Origin: Auanema rhodensis
Lineage: Eukaryota; Animalia; Nematoda
Direction of reading: 5' to 3'
NCBI GenBank assembly: GCA_964057225.1
Contig: OZ059899.1
Coordinates: 8,742,001-8,806,000 of the forward strand
Length of the DNA: 64,000 nucleotides
Shown here in pieces: positions 23,301 to 35,100 of this stretch. A program made the position numbers and the translations under genes. The number at the start of each line of letters is the position of its first letter. Within the stretch, counting starts at the first letter, position 1. The notes under the pieces were generated by a model. The model saw nothing but the letters and a program-made list of their open reading frames with translations, ran no database searches and was not told the origin of the DNA.

Positions 23301-26300
23301 TATATTACATTGGTAGAAGTTGACACAACTTTACCAATTAGTCCTCCAACATTTTGTATTCTCTTAAAATGCTCTCTAAGTTTTCTAGCCTAAAAGAACC
23401 AAATATAAAGCATCAAAACAAACACGATAAAATCAAAAATAAACAAACTAAGAAAGATACATACCTTTGCACGAAGATCTGTGAGTTTGTACCTAGTGCC
23501 GAATTCAAGAAGAATATTTATAGTGGTAAAATCGTTTTGTGGATCATAAAAATCTTCAGGATACATATCTAGCCAGCAAATTAGAATGGAACGAAGAGAG
23601 CTGTAATATATTATATTATATTATTAGATTCCCGTTGCTATCCCACTTTTGGATAACGAGAGCTGAAGTACTACAGTTAACATCATTTTCCAACGATTCA
23701 TATCGTCGGAGAATCCTGAAAATTTAAATATATAAAATCGTGAACCAGCATTGAATCAAACCTATTCAAAACAGTTGGGGGGTCAGCAAAAGAACGATAA
23801 GTTGCAAAGAATACATTAAAATGACGTGAATCCATAAGGTCATCGGAACCGACCAAGCATTCCTGCAAAACAACGTGAGTCATTCATAACTTATTAATGT
23901 TGCCAGTAAATGGTTTAAAACAAATATTTAAAATGATAAACTTACTACAAGCTTTTCTACAGTTCCAGCCTTTATAACACGTTCTTTTACTGATTCCCAT
24001 TGAAGATGATCAGCACCCATGTCCTGGTCAACAGGCTGACGATCCGGATCGATAGGCCGATATCTCTGAAAACAATGTTGAATGAGAAAGAAATATAAGT
24101 GAGAACTATGTTTGAATTTAACAGCAATGTTTTACAACTTTTCATTCAAACAACTTGTTTTTTGCATTATTGCTCTGTCACTTCAGTATATTTCATTTCT
24201 AACTTTTCAATGGAGCTTTATGTAATTCGATAACGAAGTTCGTTTATAGTTCCATAGATAAAAGTTTATCACGTTTTACGAAGCAACTGTAATAATGTTG
24301 GAACGAGCATAACAGTAATAATAATACCTCAAAGATAGAAATAAATTTTATTGAGTTATATAGAAGAAAAAAATCAATCAGCTGATACAGTTGAAAGAAC
24401 TAATTGAAATGAAAAAAAGTATAAAGACAAATTTACCAAGAGTTCTGGGAGGAAGGCGGAAGGAAAAAGAAACTGTCGTATGGGTGGAAAAAGTGCCGAG
24501 AACGCATGCTTAAACGGAAGAAAACTAATCTTTGTCTGATGACGACTAAGCCTCCTTGAGTGACGACATTCTTTTCTCCGTCTTTTGTCGTCATCGGCGA
24601 CATCATCATCATCATCATCATCACCATCATCATCGTTGTGCTCGCCCTCGTAGGTTTCTCTACAAACGATGGCTGCTGGAAAGAGAACGAGCCGCAGACG
24701 TCGCATGTGGCAAACAGAGAAGAACGTGACGATGAAGAACCGAAATATTAGAAGACGCTTGTAAATATATCCATAATAGGTACAGATAAGAGGCCCACGC
24801 AGTTTAACACACTCACATACACAGTTTTAGCGGCAATTCACAAATTGAAACTGCACAAGACGGTGATATGGAAGTATCGAGAATGTCAATTAGGCGAACT
24901 TCAAGTAGACGTCTAGTAGCTAATAGATGACGACGGTACAAAGAATACGAAGCCTTTTTCCGTTTGCTTGCTTAGAAAGATATTTCGCTTTGATCGTTAA
25001 AACATTTTTGTGTCTATTCAATTCATATCACAGAGATGAACTTAATCGACAGCTAGGATTTTCTCATTTGAACCTATGCTAGAAGATAATGAGAGATGTA
25101 ACGACGTCAATCTTCGAAGAGAAAAGATAGTTTCTGTTTAAAACAGGACTAGTGGTGAGATGATTGGAAAGCAAGCTAATGATAGCAATAACCGAAAAAA
25201 AAAGTTTTGAAAAATGGTAACGTTTTCATAGAAAAAAAAGAAGCGAGGTATAAGACCATATCAATATTTTAAGAGCGTATCTATAACGGGAAAAGCAAAG
25301 GACATGTCAACTAAAACGGAATCATAAATGAAAAAAACATTAATAAAATTGTGAACTAGAAAACATACTCTAATTTTAGGCTTTGAACAACTTAATGGTG
25401 GTTATTTGAAACAACACGACAAATGTATTGAAGGACTGTGGTAGTTAATGGTTGAGATGTTGCTGTTGGAGCAAATAGGAGACACTCGAGAAGCCGTTAA
25501 GGGCCAAATTGTTAGAATTTGGTTCACCTCAGTAGTATGCATTTTCCAACTTTGCTTCAAAGCTACTAGAAACTACACCAACATCAACATATCAATTGAG
25601 AACAGTTCATATTTGTTGATTTTTGAACTAATTCCGTTAATCCCTTTTAAAACTCAAGTTAATGATCAAAATAAATAGTTCTAAATTTAACAAGGAGTTT
25701 ATATACATAACTGTGTCAAGAAAATATTGGATTTTCAGGTCAGAAGTAGATAGTGTACAAAGACAATAAAGAAGGTTAACACTAATATGTACAGAACTAT
25801 CGCAAAAAATAAAGCTTAGTCTAAAAAAATCTAAAAAAATCTAAAAACAATTTCAAACAACAGTGAAAGCGTTCAAAATACCTTTCTCAGGACCATACTA
25901 TTCTCAAAATAGAAGCGTTTAGTTAGGGAGTTCAATTGATCACAAAAACTATAGTGTTCATGGCTTTGCCCCAAATATTTGGAACTATAAAGTAATCCCA
26001 CATAATTTCACATTTTTTTCATAAAATCATGAAGTTTATAGGATAGAAAGTTTTGAGAAGAGTGATACCATTTGTTATAATAAAAAAAATGAGATAGCTG
26101 TTGATCCCTAGTAAAGTACAAGCATGATGCAAGGAAATAAAACTAGGAAATCTCAGAATTTTGGTCGAAGCTCATCTAGCTAGACTAAAATGACTTGCAC
26201 AGAATAAGAGTTCAATGAAATAATAAGTACACTAAATGTGATTTAGTTTTCAAAGTTCGGAAAAAATACGTGATGTATCTAAGCAAATCTTAGAGAAAAC

Positions 26301-27339
26301 TATAATGGTCGAAGCTTAAAGTAAATGCTTTCTTCACAGATCTTTAAAAAAAACAAGTATTTTGATTGATCAATGTCTAGGAATATCTTTCATCTTGCAT
26401 TAAATAACAAATGACAGGAAGACAAAATTAGCCGATTAATGCAATCATCTAAAGTTATCAGAAAGTTTGTTGGAAGCAAACTAAACAGTTTTCATTTAAA
26501 ACATTTAGATAGTTCGAGGAAATGTGAAAAAAAGCTGATTAAGAGCAATAAAAAATGAACTCGATAGCATTAAAGTCAAGAAATAAAAATTTACCAGAGA
26601 AAGTAAAAAACAACAAACAAAGAATTGTTCTTTAACCAATAATCAGTCTTGATAAAAGATTCTGAGTTGAACTGTGAGCATTGAAAAAGGTAGTATTATA
26701 TGCTGTAAACAATAAAAAAAGATAACAAACAATTTGTAACTTGGGAAGATAAGAAAATGAATATCAGAAAGAACATAAACACTAAGTTTGGAATTACAAA
26801 TGTTTTGTTTTAAAATTTTCAATACTCATATGATAGAATTTGTAATTTTAAAAACTTCGGTGGAAGTCTGAGAGATACGATGGTTAAGGAAGAAAATGAG
26901 AGCAGTAATGTGCAAGTATAGCTCAGTTGAGCAAAAGAAATATAAATTATATGTGTATGAAACATATCAAAAACGAGAAAAGAGCGTGTGCTTTCCATAA
27001 AAAGGTGTATGTACACTTTCATTCAAACTACGTGTTTGAAGGAGCACAAAGAAAAATGAAAAATTATGGGCTTAAGCGAAGCTTGTTCAACCAGTTTTTT
27101 CATATAGAATTGTGGACTAGCCTGTACTCATACTAGAAAATGAAAGGAATGAGAGGAATCGCTAGTAAAAATAAGAACATTATGAACGAGAAAAAATAAA
27201 GTAACAACTATATTTCAAAATTTTTTAAAAAACTTACTGGCACTCCATCATACCCAGGAGGTGGAACGTAACGAACTTTCTTTAAGTAAACGGCATATAT
27301 GGCATCTGAATGCCGCTCATCACCCCAGTATTTGCTCAT
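20326..27339 (-). CDS. rgl-1: Ral guanine nucleotide exchange factor (RalGDS/RGL: REM, CDC25 RasGEF, RA domain); multi-exon
   Basis: [24 protein letters not shown]; REM ([19 protein letters not shown]); CDC25 ([54 protein letters not shown]); RA domain ([16 protein letters not shown]); ends [13 protein letters not shown] further upstream exon is possible because the frame is open back to an acceptor near 27366. Confidence 0.93.
24601..24634. repeat. (CAT)n microsatellite in rgl-1 large intron
   Basis: Visible trinucleotide run with one CAC interruption. Confidence 0.85.
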
Positions 27340-30300
27340 TACTTCATGGTAGTAGCATTTTTTTCCTAGAAAGCAGAAAATTTTCAATCAATCAGAATTG
27401 GCAGAGAAATGAAAAAACAGGAAAAAAGAACCGAGGAAACATTTAAATGGATAGAATAGTAGCATCAAAATGCTAAAAGTGAAAAGTCATAAACTATGTT
27501 AGAAAGCTGACAAGTAGAAGAAATGCCATAATTTACAATAGTGAATAATCAATAAAGTATTGCTATAATTCTTCAAAGACCACAACATCCTTTAAATCAA
27601 TGTAAGTTATCACAAAAAAATTAATTTTATATTTAACATATCATCTTCTTAAATACACATTATGAGAAAAATAGCACAGTTGAAGATACGAGAGCTATGT
27701 GTACGAAGAAAATCGTCACACCAGCAATACAAGGACGATTAATATACGAATTTGCGCGGTTAATATCATGTGTTTTAGAGGAATATGGGTTCAAAAAAAG
27801 ATAAATATGAAATTATAAGTGTGAAATATTCAATTTTATGATGAAATAAATAATATTTGTACTCAAAGAAGTATTTAGTTAATCGGCGTAAAAAAATTCA
27901 ATGAAAACAAAAATCAATATACACTCGACGAAAACTTTCAGGCTAAAAACTAACAAAAAAAAGTCAGTTTTACATATATTTCGTACACATTCACATATGA
28001 ATATATAATAAATATTAAATGGATTAAAAGTATGTCGGAACTGCCAAATATGAATGAAAATAAGATGAGGTGAAGAGCGCCAAACAATTGTGACATTGAG
28101 AATCGATCGATCGAGTGCGCCTAGGCCCGCAGGAAGACCCCCAAAACGATGATGGTCATTGAGCGAAACAACCCCCCCCTTTCTCCTCTATTCCACAACC
28201 CAGACTCTCTGTGTTACTCACTACTCATCCAAACACACAGACAATCGCTCACCATCCATACCAGCTGACCATCACCTCACAAACCACTGTCGGCTGCTGA
28301 CTAACTGTTCATTATATCTGATATTATGTTACTAAAAGTTGTTCAAAATATTCAAGAATTGTGACAATTTATTGATTGATTGCAATTTTCTTCTATATTG
28401 AACGAATAAAAAGATTTTAGCTTATATAAAGTATTCTAAAATATTCACTGGAAACAACTAGAAAACAGAACCAAAAAAGCTAATGGCTAAATTTGCACTA
28501 CGAAGATAATCGTCAGTACGGTCATAGGCTCAGTTTGAAATTCTGTTCGCACACAAAAGGATGAAAAGGAAAATGGGATGATGAAGACGATGACTCGTTT
28601 CAAAGCTTAGAGCTAGAAACGTCATCAACATGGTTTATCATAGCGACAGAGTAAATAGAGGAAGAAACAAATATATTGAAAAACAGCTGAAGCATTGATG
28701 GATAGAACAACGGAAGGAAATGCATAAAAGAAAAGTGGAGAAAAAGAGTAACAGGATGAGGAAAATAGTAGGAAACGAATTGAAGAGAGGTTCGAAAGAG
28801 AACAACACTATGTAGAGAAAGCAGGACGGAGAGTTAGTGAAAGGATGGTACTGGAACGAGAAACTATCGTCTACAATTTCATCTGGGAAAACTGTATCGA
28901 ATACATGTATTGCAAGCTTTAATGTAGTATATCAGATGAATGTTGAAGGAGTTTCCAAAATCGGTTTTTTTTGCTTCCACGGTACAAAGAGTTACTGAAC
29001 AGTGAACAAGTATTGGCCCGATTAATCGAATTAGTTTTAATAGAATTATAATTGAAAATAATATTCAAATTTTGGAAAAAAAGAGAAATAAGAAAAGTTT
29101 TAAATAGAAAAAACAAAAATTCAGTCATTCTGTGCGGCGAGAACTTTAAGAAATGACAAATGCTATCTGCTTGTTCTATATAGGCCTCATTAGCATATGA
29201 CGTCATCACGTGAACAAACAAATTTTTGGAATTTAGTGGAAGTGTTAAAGAAGATTGTATACAATTACTATAAAAATCATGTATATACGTATATATTTGA
29301 ATGTTAAAAGCTAAAAAGCCCAATTAAGAAAATATGAAATTGTTTGTAACATACATAATAAGCATAGATGAAAGCTATTAGAACGATAACAATTTCACCA
29401 AAATAGATGAGATTACAGGAAATAATGGAGATGATTTAGATAATGATGAAAATCATTTATAACATGGTAGGTTTTACGATAGAAAGGTTGACAAATAGGC
29501 GCTACGGATACTCCTACATGACAATGGTGGGAGAGCTGTCAAATTGTCCTATAGACATTCAGAAGGAAAATAAACGAAATAAAAGTTCAAAGAGAAAAAT
29601 GTTATGAATTCAGTTGAAGTAAGTGAAAAGAACTTTGATAAAACATTGTACTGTTAAGAAGCAGGGCTTGTCTTATCATCCTCTTCAGGAGGAAGATACA
29701 CACATTGACCTAATGGAATGAAAATTGGACAGAAAAATATAAAAAAATAGCCAAAATGACATTCACGCCCTTAACGAAATAAATTAAACATTGTGTTGAT
29801 CCGAGAGATTGTCTACAAGGTTGCGTACGGTCTTGCCCAGTTTAATATTGAGAGAAAAAAGTATAAGACGAAAAAAGAAAAGCCAAATGACTGTTCAGAA
29901 GCGTCCCCAATAATTAGACCAGGGAAAGGTCGAAATCATCATCTTCAGTCATCATTGTCATTATCATCATCAACATTTTCTTCATTATTAGTGTTTTTGT
30001 TTTGAAAAAAAATTGCAGTGTCATGGCACTAAAGAAAATTTCGTAGAAGAATTAAATAAACATTTTCAAATTAAATTTAGAAAAAATGCATTAACTGACG
30101 AATAATAAAGTTTTTTTTATGAAATATGCCTAACGCCAACGCGAATGAAAGTTTTTGAGTAGGCAGACAGAACAAACTTTCTTCAGAATAGGCGAAGAAT
30201 GACATAATGAAAATTAAATTTTAGAAAGAAAGGTATAATGACAGCAAAGTCAATAGTATTTGTGCGAGCAGCTTCACGATGAGTCGCCACACTAGCACAT

Positions 30301-30346
30301 TCCAATATGGGAATCTGTTTGTCTTTCTTTCTGTTGAGACTGCTTC

Positions 30347-30382
<36 letters not shown>
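30347..30382. repeat. (TGA)12 microsatellite
   Basis: Visible trinucleotide run. Confidence 0.9.
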
Positions 30383-32165
30383 CAGGACGATAACTATAAA
30401 ATAGATTATCGACTGCAGATAGAAAGCGAATATAATGAAGAAGATTTCGAAGATGTTTAGAAGATAGTAAAATCTATATGAATATACCATGAAAGTATTA
30501 AAATTTGGTTCAATTCTTAAAATATGTATGTATATATACATATATGTATGTTTTCTGCAGAAAATAAAAAAGACAAAACAAAGTTTTGTGAAAACGAAAG
30601 GCTATGAAATGAGCATGTGCTGTGTGATACATCGACATTCCATATGATTAGTGTTATAATGTTGTAATATGAAATGGATTATAGAGAGAACAGCTACTAA
30701 GACTTGAAGATGGATTGCCACATTTGATATAATCAACGTTCAAATTAATTTTAAATATACGATTATAAATATTGATAACTGTAAATAGTTACTAACTTTT
30801 GAAATAGTATAATAATATAGTTATAGTAATAAAATACAATTTTAAAATATCAAATATAATATAATAAAATTTGACTTAGCAAAAATTAAAACAAATCCAA
30901 TCTGGAAGTGGTCAATTCTATCCTAGACCCTTCTACATAACATTTACGAAATAGAAAAAGACGTTATCTTGACCATGGACCAGTTGGATGCAGGTTGAAG
31001 CTTGTGGGCTTTTCATTTTCGTACAAACAAACAGAGAACAAACAGTTCGATCATGGAAGAACTGAAGTGAAATCGACGAAAAACGCTTTGAAGAATGATC
31101 TGACATAGACGAACCGTTTGCAAAAGTCTAGAATATGTTGTTTTTTTGGTAAAAAAACAGGATAAAAAGTATAATTAAACAATGAAACACAATTTAAATT
31201 CAAATTGTCTTCAGTACACGGTGTCAAGAAAAATATACTTCGCAATATTTTATGTTTATGCATTCATATTTGATTGAAATATAAGATATAGTCATTTGTT
31301 TGTTTATTTTTTTTCGAACAGAAAGAAATCTAAATAAGGTTTGAAAATCGCTCACTTTGATATGATGCAAAAGATGAAACCGGAAGAAACTGAACAAGGA
31401 AGCTTCACTGTTCAATATAAAAAAAAAGAAAGAAAAAATGTTCTTAAAAATGGAATCTCGTTATATTCAGCAAATATTTCAAAATTCAAAAGAATATTCA
31501 TATAAACTATCGATTTTTAACGTATAAAAAATGAAGATAAACATGAGAAGAAAACGTTTTTGAATCATTTTGTTAGTTTCAGGATGATAAAAAGCTTTTC
31601 ATTCTTCTTATCAGAACACTGTGATAGCTGGTCACACGAATCTATTGAATATGACATGTCTCATGTTCTCATCATGTTTTATTGTCTTTATTCTTTGTTT
31701 AATATATTAGATATTGTTTTCACATTGCTTATTAACTTTTTTTTCCATAAAATAAGTTAAATATTGAAAAAAAAAATTTAAAAATAGTCTCATGCAACAC
31801 AATTGGAAGTAATATTGACCCCACGACTTTCCTTCGAAATCAGTCAGAACAAATAAATAGAAAGAAACTAGGAAAAAAAATATTTGTTACTTTAAACTCT
31901 TAAAAATAAAAAAAATAGACAGAAAGAAGGTTTTGGCGTGTTTTTTATATTTCTGATGTATGCTCAATGGCATGCGATGGGCACTCTAATGTACACATTA
32001 CATGTTTTTGAAAAATTAAAGATTTATTTGATATTTTCAACGAATTTATATAATTATATAAATTCATATAATATTTTAAACATATCGACGAATTCTGCAA
32101 TTATTTCCAAGCTTGGAAGTGTCTAACTAGGCATTTAGCTGAGGATCTTTTACTAGTAGTTATTT

Positions 32166-35100
32166 TCAGTTGCCACAGTAAATTCCAGAATTGTGTCTAA
32201 AGTACTCAGTTAATTAAAAATATTGAAAACTTAAACTTGAAAATTATCATGAAAGATAATATTTAAAGAAAAAGAACTGACTCAGCATTAAGCAAAGATT
32301 CTTGAACTTTGAGTACAATACTCTTCATTAATGTTGTTTTATCACCGGCGTAGAAACTACAGTTTGAGCCACCAGACAGATTCTGTGAGATAAACATTAG
32401 ATTCTTTCTTTAATAAAGTTAAAATTGATATAATATTTTGATGTAAATCATATAGTTAACTATTATTATTATTTTAATATAAGATAGTGATTAATATTGC
32501 TTAGATATTCGAAAAAAAAACAAACTTGTAAAGCTTGAATATCTTTCACTCCGCTACCATATCCTACAGTTATTACTCCATATAAATTGTTTCTTAATAT
32601 ATCAGCAGTAGACGGTTTGTCGAGGAAACTGAAATCCCAAGTTACATATAACAATGATAAATAATAAAACTAACTCTGTTGTAGATGTAACATAGATTAA
32701 AACATGATTATTAATATTGGGACGGAATCCATTATCCTCTTTACGGAAGTCAGGGTCTGCAGCATAAAGTAAGGCTCTGAAAATATTCGTGATATTATAC
32801 GAATGAAAAGATAATTAACAAAAACTATAGTAGAATACCATTAATAACTTACTCATTTAAATATTGTCCAGGAATATTATTACTTGAATAATGATCCATA
32901 GTTTGTTGAAGGTATTCGTTAAGTGAATGACGAGATGTTATTGAATTTAGTCCAACCATGGTTGTTGCAAATTTATTTTTAATTCCAGATACTGGAATGA
33001 TGGCTGTACGAGTGTAATTCAATCCAACGGAAAATGGTGACATAACATTGTTAATGAAAGTAATAATCTGAAAATTGAATGAAAATGTTCAAAAAGTATG
33101 TTTTGAGTTGCTTACATCTTTGGATAATGTTTGAGCTGATGGAGAAACATCTAACAAGTAAGTTACATCTACCATCATATGCTCGAAAGGATACAATGGT
33201 GCAACTGTTGTTTTAGTGGTAATGCCTTTAGTTGTAGTAGTAATTGGTTTTGTAGATATAGTAGTTGAGATGGTGGAAGGAGCTGCAGTAGTTGAAATGG
33301 TGGAAGGAGCTGCAGTAGTTGCTGAGCTGGTGGAAGGAGCTGCAGTAGTTGAAATGGTGGAAGGAGCTGCAGTAGTTGCTGAGCTGGTGGAAGGAGCTGC
33401 AGTAGTTGAAATGGTGGAAGGAGCTGCAGTAGTTGCTGAGCTGGTGGAAGGAGCTGCAGTAGTTGAGATGGTGGAAGGAGCAGCAGTAGTTGAAATGGTG
33501 GAAGGAGCTGCAGTAGTTGAGATGGTGGAAGGAGCAGCAGTAGTTGAAATGGTGGAAGGAGCTGCAGTAGTTGAGATGGTGGAAGGAGCAGCAGTAGTTG
33601 AAATGGTGGAAGGAGCTGCAGAAGTTGAGATGGTGGAAGGAGCTGCAGTACTTGATGAGGTGATAGAAATGGTGCTTGTTGGAGATAAAGTTACCGGTGG
33701 CATAGCTAAATTAGTTTAGTTTAAATAAATATGAAATAAAGTTCAAACTTGGCAAGGTGCCATTAACACAGAAGGCAACTAATTGTCTTTTAAATTGAGA
33801 CTTAATACTATCCTCTCCATATATAAGAACTCCAATCATATCAGATTGACAGACGAAAGGATCTGAATAATATTCCCAAGTGCAAGAAAAACGAAGATAA
33901 AGTGGAGATCCCATTATTGGCTAAATTGCAACTTCAAGTTATGGTATTTGATCACTAAATTCACCTTATTCGTAACCAAATCAATTATTTGAATGTATTT
34001 CAATTCAATATCCTCCCGTTGAGCCACATGGAAAGTAGCAATTGTAGATTCTATAAGAATTCATATCACATTAATTCTAAAATGACGATGTATTAAACCT
34101 CCAGCATTTGGTGTTTTTAGTGATCCATCAATGTGGGCACCAATTGGATCATCGACTGTGGTAGGGGCAAAATATTGATAAACTTTAACTGCTTGAGTTG
34201 CATAAACGGAAAGTAAGCATATACCAGGTGTAGATAACTATAATAGTTTGAAATAGAATAATAAAACGTTTTTAGTTACCGATAAGCTATATATACCAGC
34301 TTGTGTAACTTGGAATCTGACAAGTCTGGTTAAAGAGTCGGTGTATACAGTTTCAGTTAGAGTTGTACCTTAATTATTATTTTACTTTAATAGTAAATCA
34401 TTGTTAGTTTCAAATTACCTCCATAGATGTTTTTAACACCATGAATGTCCCCTATTGAACTAGTATATGATATATAGATGAATTGAACATCTTTTTCAAC
34501 CTATAGTAATATTGAATAAAATATAATAAAAATTATAATAGTTAATTAATAAGGAATTAATTAATATAACATACACTGATTTGCCATGAAGCACCAGAGC
34601 ATTTCAAGCCGGTTCCATATGTTGGATTAGATATTGTAGCAGACATATATCTTGTGGGAAGATATGACGCTATAAACTGAAAACATTTTGATTCTTTTTC
34701 TTCTTCTTATTTTCTAATTAAAGTTTACTCTATTCAATTGAGTAGCGTCCAAGAACAGTGTATTTCCGTCCGTTGCATAAGTCAGTCGCACCAGATGAGA
34801 AACGGAGGCATCATCAGGAGCAGATCCACATACAGAATTCGTGTCATAAATCCATGTCAACTATGAATTATTAATATTATTCAAAGTTTTAATATGTTGA
34901 ATGAGTGTACCTGTGCTTCAGTTGCTCCAAGTCGAGCTACGGTGTCACTTCTGTTCTTGTAATCAGCTGCTGTAGAAGCAGTGAATAAGAGTATTTGCGA
35001 CTCAGGGAAAGCAAGTTCATGCATTAAAAGTTTATCAATTGCTCTAGAAATATGGGAAAGATTATTAAAAAATATATAAATTTAATTATAAATTAAAGTT

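Noticed and set aside
24536-24560. CTGATGA as a hammerhead ribozyme core
   Set aside because: No stem II followed by GAAA in the required position.
24374-24751. Overlapping ORFs with poly-D/M/I
   Set aside because: Products of the (CAT)n microsatellite inside the rgl-1 intron.
27340-32165. Short ORFs (28919-29323, 30221-30541, etc.) as genes or transposon remnants
   Set aside because: F/L/I/K-rich low-complexity translations typical of AT-rich non-coding DNA; no splice pattern, transposase motif or terminal inverted repeats seen.
33216-33719. 167-aa + strand ORF (VVEMVEGAA)n
   Set aside because: Antisense shadow of the mucin repeat exon; it stays open only because the repeat lacks stop codons.
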